Source of the DNA: Octopus sinensis
Taxonomy: Eukaryota
DNA: 64,000 bases
NCBI RefSeq assembly: GCF_006345805.1
Contig: NC_042997.1
Location: 105,462,001 to 105,526,000, forward strand
Direction of reading: 5' to 3'
Each line of letters starts with the position of its first letter. The stretch's first letter is position 1. The translations under genes were made by a program, and so were the position numbers. Shown here one piece after another: positions 40,389 through 52,734 of this stretch. The notes under the pieces are model-generated. The model saw only the letters and a list, made by a program, of their open reading frames with translations. It had not been told where the DNA came from and did no database searches.

Positions 40389-41750
40389 AGTATTCCTTCG
40401 TAACACAGTGTAGGTTAAAATGCACCGGAGTCTTTAGTCATCTGTCAAATCACAACAACGACCTCAGGTAGATGATATTTTCCTTAAGGTGTGCGCTGTA
40501 CCCAATAAGGCTGTTTTTCGCAAGACATCAACCTTGCATAAGATTTCCAGTTGCCTTAAGAAGTCTTGAAGTTTCAATGGTATTGAGCCCAACGCTCCGA
40601 TCACTACTGCTGTATTATACTTAACGTCCTGTGTATTCCTTTCACACTATCCATGCATTCTCATTTCAAGATCTTTTCTCTTTTCCTTAGCTCTTTAGTA
40701 AGACTCTTCCTTGCCCATCATTTCATCTGCATTTACATCCATATCTTTCGCGGAATATTGCAGCAGGTCTTCATCATTATTTATCAAATAAGCGGCAAGC
40801 GTTATCTTTACACTCCTTATACAATGGTCTATACTAATTAATCCTCTGTCACCACTCTTTCTTTTCATATACAGTCTGTTTACGTTTCTTTAGGGTGTAG
40901 CGCTCTATGCGGCATCATCAACTTTCTCGTCCTTCTATCCAGTGTTGATATTTCCTCTTTAGTTCATTTGAGGATGGATGCACTATATCTGACCACCGTA
41001 ACTGCCCAGAAATTCATTGCGGTAATCAGATTTTTGGCATTCAGTTTAGATTTCAATACCATCTTCACTCTTCTTTGATACGCCTCGCTGACTTTGACTT
41101 TCATTTCTCTGAATGGAATGTCATCCAGCTCCAAAATCCGTAAATATCCATAACCACTACCGTCGGGTTCAACCCACGGTCTCGCCTGACGGTAACCGCA
41201 GTCCTCTGAAGGATGCGTTCTCCCTCTTTTCATATTAAGTACCGATCATTTGGTAATTCCAAATTCCATACCACACTTCTTGACTGTTTTGGTTAAGGAA
41301 TCTATCAGTTTTTCAGATTTCCCAGAGAATTTCAAGTCATCCACAAACGAAAGATGGTTCAATGATGAGCCTTTCTTCCCACATCGGTAATCCATCTTAA
41401 CTTTCCTAAGTGTCATTGTTATGGGTACAAGTGCAATTACAAATAGTAACAGAGAAAATGAGCCACCTTGTAAGATACCCCTTTTAATATTAACTTCTCC
41501 AAGGAATACACTACTTCAGTTCAATTTGGTTTTCAACTCTTTCATGCTATGCATCAGAAAATTTGTGATGTTGTCAGGAAAGCAAAACATCTGCAGGAAT
41601 TCAACGATCCAAGAATGAGGCATCATACCATATGCCTTCTTAAAGTCAATCCAAACTATAGACATGTTTGTATGTTTTCCACATTGCCTCAAACCTGTTT
41701 TATCGATACCGGGTGATCATTGGTACCCTGAGAACTCTTCCTAGAACCAT
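40389..41750 (-). mobile_element. R4/Dong-type LINE (subfamily B), copy 1, 5'-truncated and internally deleted
   Basis: RT motifs 'WIDFKKAY', 'RGILQGGSFSLLLF', 'NHLSFVDDLK', thumb 'LDRRTRKLM..H.ALHPK', then a jump to 'AVVIGALG...ALLGTAHTLRK*'; Zn finger and RLE absent. Confidence 0.88.
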
Positions 41751-41773
41751 TTCTTCTTCTTCTTCTTCTTCTT

Positions 41774-41804
<31 letters not shown>

Positions 41805-41813
41805 TTATTATTA

Positions 41814-41874
<61 letters not shown>

Positions 41875-41898
41875 TTTATTTTTATTATTTTTATTATT

Positions 41899-43260
41899 AG
41901 TATTCCTTCGTAACACAGTGTAGGTTAAAATGCACCGGAGTCTTTAGTCATCTGTCAAATCACAACAACGACCTCAGGTAGATGATATTTTCCTTAAGGT
42001 GTGCGCTGTACCCAATAAGGCTGTTTTTCGCAAGACATCAACCTTGCATAAGATTTCCAGTTGCCTTAAGAAGTCTTGAAGTTTCAATGGTATTGAGCCC
42101 AACGCTCCGATCACTACTGCTGTATTATACTTAACGTCCTGTGTATTCCTTTCACACTATCCATGCATTCTCATTTCAAGATCTTTTCTCTTTTCCTTAG
42201 CTCTTTAGTAAGACTCTTCCTTGCCCATCATTTCATCTGCATTTACATCCATATCTTTCGCGGAATATTGCAGCAGGTCTTCATCATTATTTATCAAATA
42301 AGCGGCAAGCGTTATCTTTACACTCCTTATACAATGGTCTATACTAATTAATCCTCTGTCACCACTCTTTCTTTTCATATACAGTCTGTTTACGTTTCTT
42401 TAGGGTGTAGCGCTCTATGCGGCATCATCAACTTTCTCGTCCTTCTATCCAGTGTTGATATTTCCTCTTTAGTTCATTTGAGGATGGATGCACTATATCT
42501 GACCACCGTAACTGCCCAGAAATTCATTGCGGTAATCAGATTTTTGGCATTCAGTTTAGATTTCAATACCATCTTCACTCTTCTTTGATACGCCTCGCTG
42601 ACTTTGACTTTCATTTCTCTGAATGGAATGTCATCCAGCTCCAAAATCCGTAAATATCCATAACCACTACCGTCGGGTTCAACCCACGGTCTCGCCTGAC
42701 GGTAACCGCAGTCCTCTGAAGGATGCGTTCTCCCTCTTTTCATATTAAGTACCGATCATTTGGTAATTCCAAATTCCATACCACACTTCTTGACTGTTTT
42801 GGTTAAGGAATCTATCAGTTTTTCAGATTTCCCAGAGAATTTCAAGTCATCCACAAACGAAAGATGGTTCAATGATGAGCCTTTCTTCCCACATCGGTAA
42901 TCCATCTTAACTTTCCTAAGTGTCATTGTTATGGGTACAAGTGCAATTACAAATAGTAACAGAGAAAATGAGCCACCTTGTAAGATACCCCTTTTAATAT
43001 TAACTTCTCCAAGGAATACACTACTTCAGTTCAATTTGGTTTTCAACTCTTTCATGCTATGCATCAGAAAATTTGTGATGTTGTCAGGAAAGCAAAACAT
43101 CTGCAGGAATTCAACGATCCAAGAATGAGGCATCATACCAATATGCCTTCTAAAGTCAATCCAAACTATAGACATGTTTGTATGTTTTCCACATTGCCTC
43201 AAACCTGTTTTATCGATACCGGGTGATCATTGGTACCCTGAGAACTCTTCCTAGAACCAT
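41899..43260 (-). mobile_element. R4/Dong-type LINE (subfamily B), copy 2 (tandem duplicate, period 1510 bp)
   Basis: ORFs repeat at an exact +1510 offset (40653/42163, 40964/42474, 41421/42931, 41668/43178). Confidence 0.9.
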
Positions 43261-43330
43261 TTCTTCTTCTTCTTCTTCTTCTCTTCTTCTTCTTCTTATT
43301 ATTATTATTTTTATTATTATATTATTATTA

Positions 43331-43365
<35 letters not shown>

Positions 43366-43380
43366 TATTATTATTATTAT

Positions 43381-44899
43381 ATGTTTGACTTTTGCTTTAT
43401 ATTTGTACAAGTTGGCTCCAAGTCTCACCCAGAGACCTCAAGAGACAACAGGTTGGAAGTTCATGTTGTTGTTATGCCTAGTGTGCCATATATTTGGGGG
43501 GATTTTTTGGTGTTGTACTAATGAATGTCTAAAAAGAAAATTTTTTTTTTCTTTTTCTTTAAAAACCGAAAATTATGTTTGTTTTAAACCTTGAGATTAC
43601 ATAGAAAGTATTTTGCGTAGGATATGAGCAGTTCCCATAAGCACTATCTTTTGAATCTCTGCCATTTTGGGGTTTCCTGGTATCTGAGTTAGGTAGCTAT
43701 CAGCCCCTTTTGCTATCATTCCCAGGGCACCTATGACAACAGGTATTGTTTTAGTCTTCAGCTTCCACATTTTGCTGATTTCTATTTCAAGATCTTTATA
43801 TTTGCTCAGTTTTTGGTAGGTCTTGACAGATACGTTTATATCGATTGGGACAGTCATATCAATGAGGAGGCATGTTCTTTGTTTGAAGTCTTTCAATAAG
43901 ATGTCTGGCCTATTTGCATCTATCTTTCTGTCAGTTTGAATGGTGAAGTTCCAGATGAGTGAGATGTGGTCATTTTCAAGCACTGGGGGTGGTTTGTGTT
44001 CCCACCAGTTTTTTTCATGGGGCAAATCCAGGTTTTTGCAGATTACCCAGTGAATATATTGTGCAGCTCTATCGTGTCTGTTGAGATACTCTGTAGGCGC
44101 TAGAAGACTGCACTTGGAGACCACATGGTCAATGGTTTCATTTTGTTGCTGGCATACACGACACTTTGGACTGCTTCTGATCTTTAATATGTTGGCCTGG
44201 TAGTTTCTTGTTGGTAGGCATTGATCTTGAGCTGCTATGATAAACCTCTCTGTTTCAGATTTTAAGCCAGAGGCCATTAGCCATTGATGGGTCAGGGCTT
44301 TGTCAACATCTGCATTATTTGCTCTCTTTGGGTATTTGCCATAGAGAGGTTTTTCTTGCCATTTATCATTCAGAATATCTAAGGCCGCAGATTTAGCACG
44401 GGTTTTCATGCGCTTAGCTTTTTCTGTGCCTGTTTCTTGTATGTCTACCTCTAATTCCGAAATTTGTTGTATTCGGAATTCACTTAGATATTCCTTTGCC
44501 TGTTTCGTTACTGAGTATGATGCTTTCTTGTTTTCATGTTTTGAGACAAGTTTTAACATCCAGTCCTCAGAGTTTTTCAGGTAGGTGTCTAGGCCAATTG
44601 TAGCAATCTTCATTGTTATTGCCAGTTGTAAAAGTCCACGGCCTCCCTCTTTTCTTGGCAGATAAAGTCGTTCTGTATCTGCCTTAGGGTGGTGCATTCT
44701 ATGCATTGTCAACAGTTTTCGTATTTTTCTGTCAAGATTACATATTTCAGTAATTGACCAGTTAACGATATTGAAACTGTAAGTCACAACTGGTATAGCT
44801 AATGCATTGATCGCTTCGATCCTGTTTCTCGCATTCAGCTCTGTCTTGAGTATTGCTCTTACTCTGCGATAACATTCTCTCCTGATCCTTTCCTTCATC

Positions 44900-44900
<1 letters not shown>
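43381..44900 (-). mobile_element. R4/Dong-type LINE (subfamily A), 5'-truncated, in (TAA)n
   Basis: Uninterrupted ORF plus a 215-bp 3' UTR; both junctions are in (TAA)n. Confidence 0.92.
43597..44898 (-). CDS. C-terminal 433 aa of an RLE-LINE polyprotein: thumb, CCHC finger, RHD motif, PD-(D/E)xK restriction-like endonuclease
   Basis: 'HPKADTERLYLPRKEGGRGL', 'CRVCQQQNETIDHVVSKC', 'YLNRHD', 'NRPDI..IDMTVP..K..KYKDL', 'PVVIGALG'. The N-terminal poly-N in the ORF track is flanking microsatellite. Confidence 0.9.
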   Translation of the reverse strand: MKERIRRECYRRVRAILKTELNARNRIEAINALAIPVVTYSFNIVNWSITEICNLDRKIRKLLTMHRMHHPKADTERLYLPRKEGGRGLLQLAITMKIATIGLDTYLKNSEDWMLKLVSKHENKKASYSVTKQAKEYLSEFRIQQISELEVDIQETGTEKAKRMKTRAKSAALDILNDKWQEKPLYGKYPKRANNADVDKALTHQWLMASGLKSETERFIIAAQDQCLPTRNYQANILKIRSSPKCRVCQQQNETIDHVVSKCSLLAPTEYLNRHDRAAQYIHWVICKNLDLPHEKNWWEHKPPPVLENDHISLIWNFTIQTDRKIDANRPDILLKDFKQRTCLLIDMTVPIDINVSVKTYQKLSKYKDLEIEISKMWKLKTKTIPVVIGALGMIAKGADSYLTQIPGNPKMAEIQKIVLMGTAHILRKILSM

Positions 44901-44963
<63 letters not shown>

Positions 44964-45109
44964 TATTATTATGCTCGGGGATGTGTTCTTTAAAATTGCG
45001 TAAGACCAATGTATTCTGTAAAGGGATTAATATTCTTATAAAGTCTAATATTTATTAAAATTTCGGATATGTACTTATGTGCGTGCGTCATTATGCTACA
45101 TATATACAT

Positions 45110-45147
<38 letters not shown>

Positions 45148-45899
45148 TATTCTGGTAACCATTTGTTTACAAAAGCTTGTTGGCATGGAATTTGTCTATA
45201 TAGATAGGAAGGCAAAGAAACTACTCATATTACTGAGTACAAAGTCAGAGCAGACGAAAATAAAATCAATTTCGATGAAACAGAAACGAACGAGTTCAGA
45301 ATGATAGTGTGGGAGAGAGTAAAAAGGAGAGAGAAAAGACCACTTTCTTCAGTTATGTTTACATTATTTCTATGATAAATAAAACTCACGGCTGGAAATT
45401 ATTTGAAAATACATTAATATACCAGTTTCATATGAAATGATTTCTTGAAAATGAATTAAAATATGTATAAGCAGTTATAAATGTAGGTAACATATGATAT
45501 TCGAATGAACATAATATAATGGCCTTTTGAATCGGTGAAGTGAAAAAGTACAGAACACTAGAGCGGTGATCGGCTTTAAATGTGCTCTGATATGGTTTAA
45601 GGACAGGTTGTGTATTGATACTAGTGGTATGAAGATCCTTGATTTTGTTGTATTTTAAGTTAAGTTCAGTCATTTATGCATATAATTATTAGTTGGATAG
45701 TTCACTCTAATGAGGTGGGTCAGCAACCATATTTTCAGATTTAACAACTGGTCTGCAAACTCGAAACGGCGTAGGGACCGTTAGACGCATCCAAAGGTCA
45801 TATAGTGAGTTTAAGTGAGTGTAGCAATAAGTTTATTTTCTCGTCATATACTCTGCGTACAGGCAACAACCATCACAGGCTTCACTACCGGAGTCTCAA

Positions 45900-46500
45900 T
45901 ACTTAAGATTTTTTATCGAGAAAAAACAAGAATGATTCCTCGTTGCCTTCTTCCGAGTTATTTACATATCACACTTATAGTTTCCTAATTTCCCCATCTT
46001 CCTCATGAGACATGGCTCATATTTTACCGTTGAGCAAAGACCGGGGACTGATTCATGCGTTTTGGTTACAAAGCAATGGGCTTGTGTGACGTGTGTGTAA
46101 GAGCTAATCCACTTCCGTGTTCTGTATGCATTTACTCTATGAGCATTTCCTGGTATGAGACTCGTAACTAGAGGCAATCTCAGAATAGATATGACCAGCA
46201 CAGACCAGAGCGGACGTAGGAATAGTGGTTACTTGACTTTAAAATGACACCATCCTCTGTAGAACTCATGTACTCCCAAGCTGGCGTCTTACTGCAGGAT
46301 GGCGTTTACATCTTGCCAAGAGCATGGATTAGGTCTTTCACTGATGAACAGGAATGATCGTTCTGACAACGATAATTTCAGTTTCTTACGATCAAATGCT
46401 TCTTTAACCTCCATGCTGTCGTAGAAAGCACTTTTGACGAAAGCGAACCTGATTTCACTTAGTTACGAAGAGGATTTCTCCGGTAAACAAACGTATCCAC
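45900..46500 (-). pseudogene. Possible degraded Ty3/Gypsy RT-RNase H scrap
   Basis: Frameshifted 'EAFD..KLKLS' and '(DA)..EHGSGLALT...KPIA' resemble the RT/RNase H connection; heavily decayed. Confidence 0.3.
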
Positions 46501-47438
46501 AAGTATAGGTGTTATTTATTAGCATCTATTATTTATTTATTTTTCTTCAGTAATACATATTTTAGTATACACATAAAATCAAAGAGTTGGAGTCAAATCA
46601 AAAAGAGATGCATTGACTTTTAGCTCAACATGTTAGATAAAGGAGCAAATATCACTTAAATAACATTATTGACCTGCAAAAATTTAGGCGAATATAAGAT
46701 AAAGTAGTCTTTACACAAAGTCTGAAAAGAAAATGCAGATTGGAACAAACATAACATACATATATATTTCATCAGAACTGATTGATTTTCGCTTGCTTGG
46801 AACAGCAAAATTTAAGAAAGCTTTCATTGGAAATTTATGGATTAAAGTGAGATCGAATATCACCCTGTCGATTAAAAATTATTGAGTATATATTTGATAA
46901 TGGAGTCCTCGTTATAAAAAGGTTGAACAGCAGTGGATACAGTACCGGTTGCCCGATGAAGATTTGCCATAGAAAATCGTAGCAGCTGAGTCGAGGATGT
47001 AGCATATCTCCCAAACGAGTAGCCAAATATTTATGTACTCTCGGTCGTTTGCACGATAAGGAGTGAAGTACAACTACGTAATAGGCACAAGTACATGAAC
47101 CAAGCGCATTCGTACACATTTGGTCGAGTGCAAATATACATAGAAATAAAGTCAGGTTTTGTGTTTAAACAGACATCGAACAAGGGAGACAGAAACAGAG
47201 AGAGAGAGAGAGAAATAACGAAAAAAATTACGAGAGAGAGAGAGAGAAATAAGGAAAAAATAACGTGAGAGAGAGAGAGAGAGAGAGACCTGCTCATAAT
47301 ACTGGATAAATTTTGTTCTAATTTACAAAGCCGTGGGCATTCGCCCAGACTTGTTTCACTTTTCGTTATAAATGTGTCCCATAATTATGAGACACATTGC
47401 ACACAAATACACACCTAGAATGACAGATAGACAGACAG

Positions 47439-47536
<98 letters not shown>

Positions 47537-47537
47537 T

Positions 47538-47576
<39 letters not shown>

Positions 47577-47752
47577 CATTCATAACTCCCTCGAAAATAG
47601 ATTCAAGACTCCCCTGTCATAAATAATATTCAAGACCACATGCCACGATTCGATGATTATAACCCACATATTTTAGATTCTGCAGGTAAAGTTTCTCCTG
47701 ATATTCTGTTTTCTTTCTTTTTCGCTCTTTTTATCACACACACACACACACA

Positions 47753-47800
<48 letters not shown>

Positions 47801-48271
47801 GTTTGTCACTTTGACTTTCTCTCTTTCTCTCTCTCTTTCTCTCTCTCCTTCTCTCTTACTCTCTATTTATCTCTGTTTCTTCCTCTTTAATTCCCACCTT
47901 TCTACTCACGCAATACTCCATTGTTCTCTTGGCTTACAAACTAAGAGAACTATGAATAAACTCACCAAACCACATTACTTTCCCAATTATTTAATATATA
48001 AACTTTCTGTGTAAGAGACAGCTTATCTTATTGTTATCTGCCACCTTTGTTTTTCTGTAAAGATATTAGCCATAGAAATAGAAAGTTATTCTTTCGTTAT
48101 TCTGCCCTCTTTTTAATTTCTTTCTATAAATGTTTGCATATATATTTTTTTTCATATTTAGCTTTGGAAAGATAGATAACTCTTAAATATACAACACCCA
48201 GCGTCCTTTTCTTTTTCATGTGCAAACCCTTTCATATTTCCTTTTTAATCATTTGATTCTTCCTTCTCTTT

Positions 48272-48400
48272 CTGAGACTTGCATTACTTCTTTAAACTAT
48301 TCATTTTATTATGCCTTTGTTTTATTCTTTGTCTGTCTGTCTGTCTGAGACTTGCATTACTTCTTTAAACTATTCATTTTATTATGCCTTTGTTTTATTC

Positions 48401-48420
<20 letters not shown>
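48272..48420. repeat. 73-bp local tandem duplication
   Basis: 'ctgagacttgcattacttctttaaactattcattttattatgcctttg...' starts at 48272 and again at 48345, bounded by (CTGT)n. Confidence 0.9.
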
Positions 48421-48431
<11 letters not shown>

Positions 48432-48451
48432 TTCTATGACACTCTCTCTTC

Positions 48452-48497
<46 letters not shown>

Positions 48498-49494
48498 GCG
48501 CACACTCTCAAACTCACCTGCATCTACATATCTGTGTTTTTTTTGTTCTTTTCTTCCCTTTTACGATCCCTCTTGATCGAAAACCTACGCCACCCGTTTT
48601 TTTTTCTTTTGTTTTTTGTTATTTTTCATCCCCCAAAAGAAAAGCTCTACCTTGTAACTTGTCCCATCTGTATGCAGCCCTGTGTGGCCAATAAAGAAAC
48701 TTATATACGCAATATTTATATGCATAGATAGATACAGACATACATATATTAAAACTTACATATGTACACAAATGGACACACACACACACACACACACACA
48801 CATATTCATGCGCGTATGTGTGTGTATAATTGTACGATATGTCTTCCATGATTCCTTCTTTCTGTTTACCATCATCCCGAATTATTTCTTATTATTTCTT
48901 TCTGCAATTCTTTTCTTCTCTTCCGTCCATTCTTCATTTCACTTGTCTCACTTATTTTCATTTATCCTCCTTCCTCTAACCCAGGCGCATGCTTGTATTT
49001 GTCTATCATCTTCTTGTCTTAATTCATCGCTTTTGTTTTACATTTACCTCCTGTTTTCTTTTTTTGTTGTGCCTTCTTAATTTCCTTTTCTTTTATTAGC
49101 CTTTTTCTTATCTATTTAATATATTATTATCTTCTTTTAATTCTTTGTTCCCGTTCTTTAATTCCTTTATTCTTCCCCTGTCTCTTCGTTTACCTAACAA
49201 AATGAAACAAATACGATATCCACCTTCAGGATTTGTAAGAGTTAATTAACATCTTGAAATTACTTTGTTGATCGTTTAAGAATTCCAAACTGCTATTTTT
49301 ACCTCAATGCCGATCTTGTAAGACTCATACTTTTAAACATTGTTTTGGTAACCCGAAGCTGTTCTTTTATCGTTCCTTATTACTTTACCATATCATGGTA
49401 TTCAAACATCACATATTCCTTTCTGTTACTTTTTTTTTACCTGACGATAATCAATCAGTATTGTATATACATTTTATCTTTTTATCTTTTATCA

Positions 49495-49563
<69 letters not shown>

Positions 49564-49697
49564 TTTTGTTTTGTTTTTTACCCCCACTTCTTTCAGTCTC
49601 GTTATGACACAATGTTATTTTCTCTGCCTTTCTATTAGCATTTGCTTTTACTTTCTTTCTTTTCTGTATATATATAATATATATATATTATATATAT

Positions 49698-49771
<74 letters not shown>

Positions 49772-50520
49772 CCATCTGTGAAAAAAAAGTTGAAAATGTA
49801 AGTTTACAAGAAAATATATTTCTCGCGAGACCACCGCTAATAGACACTCACATCTGTTTATTGGGGAGGAGAAGGGAAAAAATGTTTTGAAGACACATTT
49901 TGAATAAGAACTATAACAAACACAACAACAACATTTTTAAAAAACGACAAAACATGGGAAGGATATTATTTACAAACAAGCAAATAAATAAATACACATA
50001 TACGTATATACACAGCAAAAATGTAATAACGAATACAACGAATTATAGCTGTGCCACGAAAAATTTCGCCTATAAGCTGTAGATTATAGAACTAAAGCAA
50101 TCAACATAAGATTGTCAAGTTTTCCCGTGTTGATCTGTTCTAGAAAAACATTGTAATATACATATAAATGTAACAAAACCGCCACACAGATAGATGCACA
50201 GTAAATTATTGTGAGCAATGGAAATCTCCTGTGTTATCTCAAAGCTATAATTGGAGATATTTCAAAAGAATTTCATTTATTTTCGATACAAAAGCGCATT
50301 GAAGTATATATTATATAGATAGATGTTTATATATTACATGTGCGTATGGGTGAGTATATATATATATATATATATACATAAAAACGTAAGGTAAACAAAC
50401 TTGTACATAGCACAGTACAATGTACGTTCAATTATACCATTATTCTGGAATACACACGCGCGAGCGCATATATATGCGTACATGCATATATTTACACGTA
50501 AACACTCACATGCACACACA

Positions 50521-50554
<34 letters not shown>

Positions 50555-51764
50555 TAGCATTCGCAGTGAGAAGAACAAGCATACAAGCGAGATAAAATGT
50601 AGTGAATCTTTGGAGAAGAGTATCTGCATTCATTGGACGTTGATGAATCATTCCTAGTTTATTGTTGCTAAGTTTTTGCTCACATATATTTATATATGCT
50701 ATTTTAATAGTTCTTGCGCATCCACATACGATTTAATGATATCAGAAATAAAACTTACACCCTCATACGTTACAAATATCTCACCAACTTCACATGAAAA
50801 GTACCAATTTAAGAGGTTGACATAACATTTTAATAACACAGGATAGGATGACGCACTCAACAGGAAGAAAAAGGTAACAACTGACTTAGACAAGGGATTA
50901 TAGCAAAGAAAAATACATTTGAATACATAACTACAGAGGCGACCGATGAAAAATGATAAGCAAATTAAAAAAAAAAAAACACTAGCGAACATGATACAGG
51001 AAAATAAAATAATGCAACTCAGTCTTCAAGTGAGTAAGGACAAGTGAAATTGTCAATCAATAAGATTGATCCAACATCTAGAGAATAAAGAAACAAAATC
51101 CAAATCAGATAGTGAGGTCGAAAAATTAGTGAAGTTGCAAATCAGATAACGAAACGATAGCCAAACAAAATAATTAACTCCGTACCGTGAGTATAAGACC
51201 GTACCGAAATTCCGAAATATGAATAAATAAAGAAAGAAATAAAATAACAGTGCGCGTTATGATTTCAGTAAAGGAAATTCGAGTATATCACTAGCATAAC
51301 AGATGCATACACAAAATGACGTATATACACAGGGAATAACAAAAGCACAAAGCCACATATAGACATCTATCAACTAATGCGAAGTAACTCGTAAGAACGA
51401 CCGTTATGATTCATTTAGTTAGAATACTGTGGTACTTCACTCACCACGTAGATCGTGAGGATGCGACATAATTTGGTGCGTGTGATACATTCTATAAAGG
51501 AGGTATATAAGTCGCTGTTAAGACAAATATCTTGTGTATGTATGTATCAATATTCGTACACCCCACCCACCCCACACACTCACATATGTATATATATATA
51601 TATATATATATAAATGTGCGTATGTATATGTATGCATACAGATAGATAGAAAAGATAGATAGATACATATATACATACGTATATACATATACACATATAT
51701 AGACACACACACAAACACATACACGCATACATATATATACATATACATATATACATGATATGTG

Positions 51765-51799
<35 letters not shown>

Positions 51800-52666
51800 T
51801 GAATGGATGGATGTACGTATGTATGAATGCATGCATGTATGTATGTATATATGTATGTATGTATGTATTTATGTATGTATGTGTGTTTGTAGATATTAAG
51901 TATACATCATTTAATCTAACCAAAGATCACACTTTCGTTTCCTAAAGCATATAAATTAACTTTGAGAAATTAATTCTAATTTTCTTGAAGTGATCACCCT
52001 TTTACTTGAGAGTAGCTAAGAATTGCCAGCAGGTATTTATTTTCTTTCTCAATCTAAAAGTAAATTTTAATTAGTTAAATATTTTTGCACTCAGTATTCA
52101 ATGTCACTCATTAATAATAGGGATTGTGGAATGGATGATTTATGGAATATCTGCGAATGTCAATACACAACAATGACTGCAAGACATGGTTTTCGATTCA
52201 GCTTCACTTATGAAATATTTAATACATTTCTTCATGTTGCAATGGTAAGATACAAAATAGAAATTTTCCAAGTTTATATAAATATATGACGATGTGCAGG
52301 AGAGTACTATTGTTGAATGAATAGGGGTTGGTAATTCATATGATAAAAGTAACACGGTTATATAATTAATATGTACATTCAAGTGTACAGATATCAGACG
52401 CCGTACAAACAAGCTCACAACTACAAGCAGTGCCAGAAGTGTACAATTGATAAACATTTTCTGATCATGGCAGGATAACATATGAGAGAAGGCTCAAGTA
52501 TACTTCATGGAGACAAGTATATCAAGGTTTCTTAGATACATAACCATGTCAATGTTGGCATAAAGAAATTCTACGATTGTCAGACTCACTGTTTAACACA
52601 CACATATTTGCACGCACACACACACACACACACACACACATACGTATATATATGTGTAAGCACACA

Positions 52667-52734
<68 letters not shown>

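Noticed and set aside
44899-45009. N-terminal 37 aa of the 470-aa ORF as part of the protein
   Set aside because: It is flanking (TAA)n and host DNA that happens to be in frame.
47635-47685. 51-nt candidate exon 'DHMPRFDDYNPHILDSA'
   Set aside because: Poor polypyrimidine tract and no recognisable homology.
52095-52244. 150-nt phase 0-0 candidate exon
   Set aside because: Open frame and splice dinucleotides are present, but such candidates are expected by chance in 64 kb and the peptide is unrecognised.
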